From the IMG/VR virus record IMGVR_UViG_3300027917_000037: 64,000 nucleotides of DNA; one strand, written 5' to 3'. Shown here in pieces: positions 16,866-25,265 of this stretch. Within the stretch, counting starts at the first letter, position 1. Each line of letters starts with the position of its first letter. Made by a program: the position numbers and the translations under genes. This stretch comes from an uncultured virus (IMG/VR IMGVR_UViG_3300027917_000037) (taxonomy: Duplodnaviria > Heunggongvirae > Uroviricota > Caudoviricetes). The notes beneath the pieces were generated by a model that saw only the letters and a list, made by a program, of their open reading frames with translations, made no database searches and was not told the origin of the DNA.

Positions 16866-18259
16866 GCAGAGAATGGGACCGCAGTTCAGTAATGAATGAT
16901 TTTATCAAAATTGCTGCAGAATCAGGGCTGATAACCACAAATCTTAAGCCGGAAGATAAAGATTTTGTTGGTAACCCAAGTAAAGAGACTCCTGTGAAAG
17001 ATCATAGGAGATATGAGCCTACAGAAGAATATGATATTACCAAAGGCGAAGATTTAGTGCAACAGGCACACCCGGAAAAAATACAGGTAGCAGATGCTAT
17101 GGGAGAGGGTGGCGTAGTTGAAAATGTAAACGAGCAACAGGAAAAAGATATCGACATTGCAACAAAAATGCCTACAGGTGCATTTATCGGTGTGCATGCA
17201 GAACTTATTAATGGTTTAATCAAAGTTGCTACGCAACTTGATGATGAAGGAAAACATAAAGAAGCCAAGCATATTGATAGGGCAATTGAGAGGTTAACTC
17301 ATCTCCCTTTTTCCAAAAGCCACCTACATAAAGAAGCGGGGTGGCCATTAATATTGTTTACTATTATTTCTGCCTTTGCCCCTGCTGTAGTTGATTGGTT
17401 TAGAACCAAACCTGGAAGATACAAGGGGGCACCGCGTGTCCGAAGAATGAAAGAAAGAGGTTTGGTTGGTAGGAGAGGCCGAGCAGCATCCTTGGTGGCA
17501 ACGGGAGTTGGTATCCTTGGTTTGCTTGGAAACAAAATTACAAGTTTGCAAGAAGGTATTAAAAAGGATACTCAGGATCTTCTAAGTGTTTTGGGTAAAG
17601 CAGATAGCACTTCTGCTAAAAAGGCTTATAATATTTTCAAACCTTTAGCACAAAGTTTATTACAAGCCAATTTATCTTCAGAAAAGGGGATAAAAGAGTT
17701 TGCGAGTGTAGTTATGAAGATGAATGCAACGCTTCCAGAATTAAAAAAATATATTTCAGTATATACCCAACTTGAAGATCCAAGCGTAACGGGATTTGGG
17801 TTAAGTGGCAGAGTAGAAGCAAAATTTGATGATTTTGAAGAAAGCCTACAAGAGGCTGCAAAGACTGTTGCAGATATTACAAGTGTCGGGGCTAAAGCAA
17901 ACATTAATGCTCTTAAAGATATGAAGCAAACTGCCCCACAAGTTGCACCAACTGTAAAACCCCAAGTAACTGGTGATTATAATATTCAGTTTCTACAACA
18001 AATCCTATTCAATAGGGGTTTTCCAAAAGGTGATATTTGGAAGGGTAAAGTTACTGGTGTAATGGATATAAACACTATTGTTGCAGCCAAAGAACTAGAA
18101 CAGAAGTTAGATAATGCTTTGAAATCTTTTATAGAAAGCAAAAACCTTACAGGCAGTTTTGAAGGTCAGATAGTTAAGGAAAGACAGGTTGTAATGGGTG
18201 CTCATCAACTGTTGAAAATTATTATGTTAACGGAAAAATATATATCTGAAAAAGGTTAA
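16862..18259 (+). CDS. Putative internal/ejection protein, partial paralog of 12904
   Basis: Shared YD..GE.L...AHP...EGG.VE...E.......K.PTG block; helical-hairpin motif; LHKEA followed by a hydrophobic helix; C-terminal PG-binding-like IQFLQQIL...VTGVMDINT. Confidence 0.6.
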   Translation: MSREWDRSSVMNDFIKIAAESGLITTNLKPEDKDFVGNPSKETPVKDHRRYEPTEEYDITKGEDLVQQAHPEKIQVADAMGEGGVVENVNEQQEKDIDIATKMPTGAFIGVHAELINGLIKVATQLDDEGKHKEAKHIDRAIERLTHLPFSKSHLHKEAGWPLILFTIISAFAPAVVDWFRTKPGRYKGAPRVRRMKERGLVGRRGRAASLVATGVGILGLLGNKITSLQEGIKKDTQDLLSVLGKADSTSAKKAYNIFKPLAQSLLQANLSSEKGIKEFASVVMKMNATLPELKKYISVYTQLEDPSVTGFGLSGRVEAKFDDFEESLQEAAKTVADITSVGAKANINALKDMKQTAPQVAPTVKPQVTGDYNIQFLQQILFNRGFPKGDIWKGKVTGVMDINTIVAAKELEQKLDNALKSFIESKNLTGSFEGQIVKERQVVMGAHQLLKIIMLTEKYISEKG

Positions 18260-18305
18260 TTATTTTAAGCAGTTGTGTTTCAGTTGCACTATAAGTAGTT
18301 AGAAT

Positions 18306-18326
18306 CTATTAATAATAAAATATAAG
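18306..18326 (+). promoter_or_regulatory. Putative late promoter for the decoration + capsid genes
   Basis: CTATTAATAA-taaaa-TATAAG. Confidence 0.7.
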
Positions 18327-18395
18327 ATTGAATAAGTTGCTTTAAGCACTTAAGATCAAAGACCTATTTAGTAAAAATTTTTGGAGGAATAAGAA

Positions 18396-19037
18396 ATGAC
18401 CCTTTATATTTATCAGCCAGGCGTTCAGCCACTAGGACAGTTTGATGTTCTTGATGCATATCTTGCTGGCATCAAAGGTGGTGAGATCGGAACTCTTTAT
18501 CCTGCAGCCAGAACGGTTAGTTCAACTGAAAAGGCAGCCAAAGATGCTCTTGATGGTTACACCAACCTTACCGATGTGAAGCGTGCTGCTGTTGCTAATA
18601 GCATTACTGCTACTACGCAGCGCCCACTGTGGTTGCTTGACGATGGTACAAGCGGCTATGGTACTCTGTTTGGTCAGGTCATTGGTACCCCTGTTGGTCT
18701 TTCCACTACTGGCACCAATCTTGGCCCACACACCTCAACTGGAAGCGGCAAAGTAACTTGCTGGGATAAGCCAGGCCTTTATGCCGTCTCTGTTGACGCA
18801 GTTGACACTGCTGCTGATGGTTTGGTAATTGCCAATTCTAGTTGTGATCCTGGGTTGAAACTCGATTGTACTGCAACCGGTCTGCTTACCCCAACTGGAT
18901 CTACTAATGCTGTTGGTGTTGAAGTTGGTCGCTTTGTAGAGTTCGAGACTAGCCCATCCTTGGTTAACACTCCAGCCTCGCTGGTCGGTGCTACTGAGGC
19001 GGCTGTTCGCGCGATTTTCCATTACAAAGTAGTCTAA
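18396..19037 (+). CDS. Putative capsid decoration (cement) protein
   Basis: Gly/Thr-rich beta protein immediately upstream of the capsid gene; GGAGG RBS; GSGKVTCWDKPGLYAV. Confidence 0.65.
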   Translation: MTLYIYQPGVQPLGQFDVLDAYLAGIKGGEIGTLYPAARTVSSTEKAAKDALDGYTNLTDVKRAAVANSITATTQRPLWLLDDGTSGYGTLFGQVIGTPVGLSTTGTNLGPHTSTGSGKVTCWDKPGLYAVSVDAVDTAADGLVIANSSCDPGLKLDCTATGLLTPTGSTNAVGVEVGRFVEFETSPSLVNTPASLVGATEAAVRAIFHYKVV

Positions 19038-19047
19038 GTACTATAAC

Positions 19048-19070
19048 CTCCCCCTCTAATCGAGGGGGAG
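19048..19070 (+). other. GC-rich hairpin without a U-tail, upstream of the capsid gene
   Basis: CTCCCCCTC-taatc-GAGGGGGAG. Confidence 0.6.
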
Positions 19071-19124
19071 TCTAATCTAGCAAGAAGAGAGATTAAAAAC
19101 AAAATACAAGGAGGACAAAGATAA

Positions 19125-20156
19125 ATGTCTCTTTTTAGCACACACGGAAAACAGGGCGAACTAAATGCTGGTTCAGTAAAAGACGCCCTTTCACAGATTG
19201 TTAAGTATGCTAGCGTTCTTGAAGAACTGCAGCCATCCAACACTGGCATGGCGCAGCGCCCATCTTTCACAGATGAGCAGCGTGATGAATTAATTAAGCG
19301 CGCCCTTATGACTCAGGAAGGCAAGATTGCTCTTGGTCAGGCAATGGCTAACCCAATTCGCCGCAACTTGGATTATCAGGGTGTTGGTCGTAGGGTTCTT
19401 GTTATTGACCCGCTTCCACAGGGTGCTCTTCCAGTTTACGACCGTGATATTGATGTTGCTGCCGTTGTAGTTTCGTCCAATGGTTCAGCTCCCGAAAGCC
19501 GCGTGTTCGGCGACAGGGTGACCGTACCTGAGTTCGAGGTAGTTTCCAATCCTACCGTTCGTATTGCTGAAGTTCGCCGTCGTAGATTCAACGTGATCGA
19601 TCGTGCCCAGCAGAAGGCTCGCCAAGAAATTCAGGCACAAGAAGATGCTAACATTTTCGCAGCCTTGGATTTCGCAGCCGATGCAACTCTTGGCGGTGAG
19701 AACACTGCTCAGGATGTAGCGGATGCTGGTCTTCTCAAGAGAGATCTAGTTGAAGTTAAGAAGCAAGTAGATCGTTGGGATCTTGTAACAACCAAGTTCC
19801 TCATGAATATTAATGAGTTCACTGATATTCTTAATTGGGGTTCCGGTGGTGGCCAGGGAACTAACGGTGGAGAGGTTGATCCTGTAACGATGCGTGAGAT
19901 CCTTCAGACTGGTCTATATGCCCACATCTGGGGTGCTGACATCATCGTTTCTAAGGTTGTTCCTTCTGGAACCATCTTTGGTACTGCCGATCCTGAGTTT
20001 GTCGGTGTTATGCCTGTCCGTCAGGACATTGAAGTGCTGCCCGCTGATGAACCGAAACAGTTAAAGCTAGGATGGGTTATTTCCGAGATCATCGGCATTG
20101 GTATTGTGAACCCACGCGGTTGTGCTGTCGGTCGTAAGTCTGTTGCTGTAGGTTAA
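19125..20156 (+). CDS. Major capsid protein (HK97 fold)
   Basis: 343 aa; AAGGAGG RBS; LGQAMANPIRRNLDYQGVGRR...PEFEVVSNP...IQAQEDANIFAAL...GLYAHIWGADIIVS; downstream of protease/scaffold and decoration genes; followed by a strong terminator. Confidence 0.85.
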   Translation: MSLFSTHGKQGELNAGSVKDALSQIVKYASVLEELQPSNTGMAQRPSFTDEQRDELIKRALMTQEGKIALGQAMANPIRRNLDYQGVGRRVLVIDPLPQGALPVYDRDIDVAAVVVSSNGSAPESRVFGDRVTVPEFEVVSNPTVRIAEVRRRRFNVIDRAQQKARQEIQAQEDANIFAALDFAADATLGGENTAQDVADAGLLKRDLVEVKKQVDRWDLVTTKFLMNINEFTDILNWGSGGGQGTNGGEVDPVTMREILQTGLYAHIWGADIIVSKVVPSGTIFGTADPEFVGVMPVRQDIEVLPADEPKQLKLGWVISEIIGIGIVNPRGCAVGRKSVAVG

Positions 20157-20182
20157 TAAAATCAAATAGTTAGATAAATTTT

Positions 20183-20225
20183 AAAACTTGATGTGTGAGC
20201 TTTGCCTCGCACATCAAGTTTTTTT
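20183..20225 (+). terminator. Intrinsic terminator after the capsid gene
   Basis: AAAACTTGATGTGTGAG-ctttgc-CTCGCACATCAAGTTTTTTT. Confidence 0.9.
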
Positions 20226-20308
20226 GTCGACATAAGTGGCCCAGCCCATCTTATATTGTATAGGTGGTGAAATCAATTTTGGGTTGGGTTATTTAGAAAG
20301 GGTCTATA

Positions 20309-22333
20309 ATGTCAAAAAAAATTTCAAACGAAGATCTTATTGAAAATCTGCAAGAACTCTATATAAAACTTGGTAGAGTTCCTAAAAAAATTGATATTCA
20401 AGTTAATAAGGGATCGAAATATGGTTGTTCAGCATATATTAGGGCTTTTGGTACTTTAGCAAACTCTTTATTGGCTGCAGATTTAAAACCACATCAAATT
20501 AGAGGATTAGAGAAAAAAGATGTTGTAGAAGATATAAAAAAAATTTATAAACAACTAGGTTATACACCACAACATGAAGAATATAAAAAGTATAGCAACA
20601 TCGCATATAGTTTTCCTACAATATGTAAACTCTTTGGCTCTTGGACTAAAGCTTTAATTGCGGCTGAAGTTCCTGTATCTAATGCGGGCAAAGCGAATAA
20701 AGAATTTATATTACAGGAACTTCAGAAATGGTACGTCAAAAACAACTGTGATGTTAATTGCTTATCTTATTGGACATTGCGCCATGCAAAGAAGAATGGT
20801 GAATTTGTATTTTCTTGTGCCACAATAAAAAATCACTTCCCAAACATGGTATGGGAAAAAATAATGAAACAAATTGATCCTTTATATGAAACTAAGGATC
20901 CTTTTATTGGTAGAAAATCATATGAGGGTAAAGATGGGAACGAATATTTATCACTATTAGAATTAAGGGTGGGAGATTATTTATGTGATTTAAAAGAACA
21001 AAATAAAATATCGGATTATGATTACGAAATGCCCGTTTGTATAGATAAGTTATGGACATGTGATTTTGTTGTGGAGAGTAATGGAAAGAAGCTGTGGTTA
21101 GAACTTGATGGAATGAAAAATAACAGAAAAATGCCTTATTCAAGTGGGCACAATGAAAAAATAAATTATTATATTGAGAATAAGTTTGATTATGCGGTTC
21201 TCACACATAGCAATAATATTGTTAATAAGTTGAACTTGTTGCTAAATGTTAATACTGTTACACTGGGAGGTAAAATATTTAATAGTAGCGAAATCGATGA
21301 TGAATATACTTTTTTCACAAAAGAGGAGGTATATAACTATCATAAAGAGCATGACGAGAATTGGATTATATGTAATTTAATTATACCGTTTTATGATTTT
21401 TTATTACAATATATAGATTTAAATGGTTGGATTTATCCACAATATAATGATGTAGAAGAAACTTTGAAAATAATTAAATCGTCTTCTGGCAAATTAAGTT
21501 CTTCTAGCAGGGTTGGCACCCAATTTCTGAAATCTCATTTTAAAAGTTTTTGGGAAGCTTCAAATGGTACAAACTTGAGTCCTATTGAAATGATAAATAA
21601 TAAAAAGATGATGTTATACTATTTAAAATACCGTTTTGGTATCAGTAATAGTAAAAAATATAAATATAATTTTGGGGAACGGCAAGTGGAATTTAATGAA
21701 TTGTTTGATATTTCTTTCAAACAAGTTCGTAAAATTCTAGAAGTAAATAGGGTGGTAGTAAGTCTATTTAAACCACTTGTTGCCAAATATGTTTATCAAA
21801 AGTATGGTTTTGAGGGTATTAGGGTTTGGGATCCTTGTGCGGGATTTGGTGGGCGTTTAATGGGATTTATTGGAAGTTTTGAAAAGGGAAAATATATAGG
21901 TAATGAACCTAATAAAAAAACACTTGGGGAGTTGAAACATTTAGCAGATAAGTTAGGAAATAAGCGGTTTGTTTTACACGACACTCCTATAGAAACAGCG
22001 GCTATTCCGAAAGTTGATTTAGTTTTCACCTGTCCGCCATATGATTTCAAAGAACATTATTGCGATTGTGAAACCCAATCTGATGTTAGATATAAAACCC
22101 ATAATGAGTGGGTGAGAGGTTTTCTTACAACATTATTGACAAAAGCATACAAATCATTAGGCGGCGGCGGCGGTAAATGTATAATTATATTTGATAAAAA
22201 TAATTGTAAGCCCTGTATTGAAGTTGCAACGCAACTTGGTTTTACCTTTATTGAATATATTCCTATCTCAAATTCTAAAACCCACCTCAACCCAAGTCCA
22301 AATACCGAATATTGTCTTACCTTCTCTAAATAA
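20309..22333 (+). CDS. Fusion of homing-endonuclease-associated repeats, a PD-(D/E)xK-like nuclease and an amino-DNA methyltransferase
   Basis: N-terminal repeats (LQELYIKLGRVP...YIRAFGT; IKKIYKQLGYTP...FGSWTKAL); SLLELRV...TCDFVV...WLELDG; VWDPCAGFGGR and DLVFTCPPY; more AT-rich than its neighbours. Confidence 0.75.
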   Translation: MSKKISNEDLIENLQELYIKLGRVPKKIDIQVNKGSKYGCSAYIRAFGTLANSLLAADLKPHQIRGLEKKDVVEDIKKIYKQLGYTPQHEEYKKYSNIAYSFPTICKLFGSWTKALIAAEVPVSNAGKANKEFILQELQKWYVKNNCDVNCLSYWTLRHAKKNGEFVFSCATIKNHFPNMVWEKIMKQIDPLYETKDPFIGRKSYEGKDGNEYLSLLELRVGDYLCDLKEQNKISDYDYEMPVCIDKLWTCDFVVESNGKKLWLELDGMKNNRKMPYSSGHNEKINYYIENKFDYAVLTHSNNIVNKLNLLLNVNTVTLGGKIFNSSEIDDEYTFFTKEEVYNYHKEHDENWIICNLIIPFYDFLLQYIDLNGWIYPQYNDVEETLKIIKSSSGKLSSSSRVGTQFLKSHFKSFWEASNGTNLSPIEMINNKKMMLYYLKYRFGISNSKKYKYNFGERQVEFNELFDISFKQVRKILEVNRVVVSLFKPLVAKYVYQKYGFEGIRVWDPCAGFGGRLMGFIGSFEKGKYIGNEPNKKTLGELKHLADKLGNKRFVLHDTPIETAAIPKVDLVFTCPPYDFKEHYCDCETQSDVRYKTHNEWVRGFLTTLLTKAYKSLGGGGGKCIIIFDKNNCKPCIEVATQLGFTFIEYIPISNSKTHLNPSPNTEYCLTFSK

Positions 22334-22381
22334 TACATACCTATCAATATTTACGAATTATACTACATACTTAATGGAGTA

Positions 22382-22669
22382 ATGATGTCTTTTGTAAAAA
22401 GAACAGATGGAACAGTAGTACATACGGGAGGGCATATAACCAGCCGAGGTTCACTAGAATCTATTCGCTATGGTTCTTCTGCGCCCGCAACACCAGAAGA
22501 TTTCGAATGGGAAAAGCGCGTTCTTGCGGTTGCTGGCAGTTTGGATATGGCTAATTACTATTATGAAGATGATTCGGTGGAAACAGAAATAATATCCAGA
22601 CTTTGGGGTATTTATAAGCGTGCCGAGCCTAAATTTAATTCAGATTATTTTGAACCATCAGGAAGATAG
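22382..22669 (+). CDS. Hypothetical protein
   Basis: GGAG RBS; preceded by an imperfect promoter motif (CTATCAATAT at 22341). Confidence 0.55.
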   Translation: MMSFVKRTDGTVVHTGGHITSRGSLESIRYGSSAPATPEDFEWEKRVLAVAGSLDMANYYYEDDSVETEIISRLWGIYKRAEPKFNSDYFEPSGR

Positions 22670-22686
22670 AAGACTGAAGAAAAAAT

Positions 22687-22707
22687 CTATCAATAATAAA
22701 GAATAAT
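22687..22707 (+). promoter_or_regulatory. Putative phage late promoter
   Basis: CTATCAATAA-taaag-AATAAT. Confidence 0.65.
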
Positions 22708-22744
22708 GGTGGAGTAATATATATTCTTACAAAGGAAGGTAAAG

Positions 22745-23005
22745 ATGGCGAAAATGTCAGAAAAGGAAACAAGAGAAAAATTATTCAGACATGCTAAAAG
22801 AATTGGGGCCGAAGGAGATTTACAAAATCTCTTTAACAAGTGGGATAGAGCACTTGCTCTCGCGCCTCCAGGTGAAAAAGTTGAAATGTCCAGATTAGCA
22901 ATTTTGGAAGTACAGGCACTTTTGGATATCTATGCCGAGGAAGGAGATGGTTTAACAATTAATGATGAAGTAGTTATTACACCAAAAAAAGGAAAAGGGG
23001 AATGA
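22745..23005 (+). CDS. Hypothetical protein
   Basis: ORF with RBS. Confidence 0.6.
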   Translation: MAKMSEKETREKLFRHAKRIGAEGDLQNLFNKWDRALALAPPGEKVEMSRLAILEVQALLDIYAEEGDGLTINDEVVITPKKGKGE

Positions 23006-23280
23006 GCAAGACAATAAATAGTGGAAGTAAAAAATATCTAATTGATTGCCGAGATGGAATTTACAAAATTGGAAACATTACAGGCAATGTGCCTAAGGGT
23101 CATGATTGTATATTAGACGGTTGGCATTTAAAAGATGGGAAAATTATTGGAAAAGGTCAAGCAATTTTTGTTCCAGGAAAAGGTGAATTCAAATTAACAA
23201 ATAGTATTATTGAGAGTGCACATAATAGAATTTATATGGAATTTATGGATTCCCTATTATGGCGTAAATTTAGAATTTAA
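23002..23280 (+). CDS. Hypothetical protein
   Basis: ATGA overlap. Confidence 0.55.
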   Translation: MSKTINSGSKKYLIDCRDGIYKIGNITGNVPKGHDCILDGWHLKDGKIIGKGQAIFVPGKGEFKLTNSIIESAHNRIYMEFMDSLLWRKFRI

Positions 23281-23300
23281 AGATTAAGGAGGAGAAGAAA

Positions 23301-23528
23301 ATGGAAGAACAGAAAGTTTCTACAGGAAGTATTGTATGGTTCAATGATAAACGAGGTTACGGGTTCCTACAACCCGATGATGGAAGTAAAGATTTGTTTG
23401 TACATTATACAAATATTGTATCAGAGGCAAAGTTTAAAACATTAGTTGCTGGTCAGCGAGTTTCTTACACTGTTGGTAGTAATAAGAACGGCCCTCAGGC
23501 AGAAAATATTACCATAATTGGTGAATAA
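23301..23528 (+). CDS. Cold-shock domain protein (CspA family)
   Basis: GSIVWFNDKRGYGFL (RNP1), DLFVHYTNI (RNP2), FKTL..GQRV, GPQAENI. Confidence 0.95.
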   Translation: MEEQKVSTGSIVWFNDKRGYGFLQPDDGSKDLFVHYTNIVSEAKFKTLVAGQRVSYTVGSNKNGPQAENITIIGE

Positions 23529-23544
23529 TTACACGGAGTTTTTA

Positions 23545-23994
23545 ATGGCAAAAACTCGTTATGTTTTAAGAAATTTATCAAAATATGACATCAATTTGGG
23601 TGATTTGCGTTATAAAATTCCTGCTGGTCAGGCTAGAGATTTATTATCAAAAACAGCTCGATTGGACTGGGAAGATATTAAAAGATCGAGAGAAAGTGGT
23701 TCAATTAAAGTTCGGCTGGGTAAAACCCTCATGGAAGTTTATGATGTAGTTAAGCCACCAATTCCAAAAATGGAGATGGTTGATCCTTCAGCAATTGTTT
23801 TTCCGCGTAGAGTTAAATCATCTATAATTTTGGAAATGGAAGATGTGTCTGAGGAAATCAAAAAGATTTCCCTTGTTGAAGAAGATGAATTTTTAAGAGA
23901 ATTGGATGATGATCTTAATGAAGGGAAAGCGCCTCTTATAGCCTCTGAGGAAAAGGATGATAAGGAAGAAGTTAAGACCAAAGATTCGGTGTGA
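23545..23994 (+). CDS. Hypothetical protein with an acidic C-terminus
   Basis: ATG 23545 follows GGAG. Confidence 0.6.
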   Translation: MAKTRYVLRNLSKYDINLGDLRYKIPAGQARDLLSKTARLDWEDIKRSRESGSIKVRLGKTLMEVYDVVKPPIPKMEMVDPSAIVFPRRVKSSIILEMEDVSEEIKKISLVEEDEFLRELDDDLNEGKAPLIASEEKDDKEEVKTKDSV

Positions 23995-24289
23995 AATTTG
24001 TGCCTTAGAAAAAAAGGCAATTTTACACCGACATCATATAATTCCCAGACAAGATTGTAGAAGTACAAATAACGATAATAATTTAGCAGTTCTCTGTCCA
24101 AATTGTCATTCATGCGTTCATACGGGCGAGATCATTATTATCGGAGTTTATCATACGACTGGCGGCTTACAACTTATGTGGTTTAAAAAAGGGCAAGATC
24201 CGCCTTTACCTGAGGAATTTTGGTTGGTTAAAGATAATCCTTTAGTTATTACTCTAAATGGCGACGAGGATGATTTTCCAGATGAATAG
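23957..24289 (+). CDS. HNH endonuclease
   Basis: CEIC...HRHHIIP...N...NLAVLCPNCHSCVH. Confidence 0.85.
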   Translation: MIRKKLRPKIRCEICALEKKAILHRHHIIPRQDCRSTNNDNNLAVLCPNCHSCVHTGEIIIIGVYHTTGGLQLMWFKKGQDPPLPEEFWLVKDNPLVITLNGDEDDFPDE

Positions 24290-24297
24290 GAGAAAAT

Positions 24298-24570
24298 ATG
24301 GAAGAAAAAGAAGTTGAGTTTATTAAACTTTCTGAAGATGAAATTAATGTAATCAAAGAATATCAGAAAACTATTGATGGGGAGAAAGCATCTCTTGGGG
24401 GTTTGCGTTTACAGTTTCTATCATCTGAACAAGATATAATAGAAAAAATCAAAAAGGCTCATGGAGATTTTCTTTCTCATTTAAAGGTACTTTCGCAAAG
24501 CAAGAATGTTCCAACTGATGGTGAGTGGGTTTTCGATCCCACGGCATTTGTTTTTAGGAAAAAAATGTAG
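24298..24570 (+). CDS. Hypothetical coiled-coil protein
   Basis: AGGAG RBS. Confidence 0.6.
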   Translation: MEEKEVEFIKLSEDEINVIKEYQKTIDGEKASLGGLRLQFLSSEQDIIEKIKKAHGDFLSHLKVLSQSKNVPTDGEWVFDPTAFVFRKKM

Positions 24571-24584
24571 CGGGGTGGTTATAG

Positions 24585-25265
24585 GTGCCAAGGACACCTG
24601 ACTCATTTCCTGGCGTTCGGGAAGATGAGGGTTTAATACTATCTGATGACGGATATGGTATTCCCCAGGCTGAAGGCGGTTTACGCTACAGCGATGGATA
24701 TTTTTATGCCAAAGACTCTTATGGAGTCTTCAATTTAAGAAGTGGAGAAGGTGGTGTGGGGGATGTGCCCCACGCTCCTAATCATATCCATGGCGGATCT
24801 GATGAAATAGATGGAGATATACTTGATATTGATTTTGATCCCACACATTATACGCCAGATACGAGTCCATCGGAAGTTACAAGTTCTGAAGAACTTACAG
24901 CACATTTGGCTGGAATTGATGGATATTTGCATGACTTAGGTACTGACAAACTTGATATCGATGATCATAGAACACTTCGACATTTGATACATTTTGTTGA
25001 TGAAGGTCCTGGTGATGGCTTTGTGTCTGGTGCTACAAAACAAATATTACCTGCTGGAAATCCTTTCCCAACTCAAATTGTTTGGAAGGATTCTGGTGGC
25101 AACAATCTTGTTGTAAAAACAATCACTAGAAATGGAAATCAAACACCTGCAACAATCGAGTGGAAAATGTATGATTCAGATGGTGTATCAGTTTTAGCAA
25201 TTGTCACCGATACGATTAATTATTCGGGTATTTTTGAAATTTCTAGGACGAGGAGTATATCGTAA
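24585..25265 (+). CDS. Putative virion appendage/fibre protein
   Basis: HAPNHIHGGSDEI fibre-type motif; three DGY. Confidence 0.55.
   Translation: MPRTPDSFPGVREDEGLILSDDGYGIPQAEGGLRYSDGYFYAKDSYGVFNLRSGEGGVGDVPHAPNHIHGGSDEIDGDILDIDFDPTHYTPDTSPSEVTSSEELTAHLAGIDGYLHDLGTDKLDIDDHRTLRHLIHFVDEGPGDGFVSGATKQILPAGNPFPTQIVWKDSGGNNLVVKTITRNGNQTPATIEWKMYDSDGVSVLAIVTDTINYSGIFEISRTRSIS

Noticed and set aside
19125..20156. Capsid gene as a cellular encapsulin with cargo proteins
   Set aside because: The context includes a protease-scaffold, neck, sheath, tubes, chaperones and tape measure, so this is a tailed phage.
20227..20257. Sigma70-like promoter (TCGACA...TATATT) before the nuclease-methyltransferase gene
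   Set aside because: The spacer is 19 nt and both boxes are imperfect; too weak to call in AT-rich DNA.
22160..22174. (GGC)4 run in the methyltransferase as a phase-variation tract
   Set aside because: A trinucleotide unit cannot shift the frame, and the tract is short; it only encodes a Gly linker.
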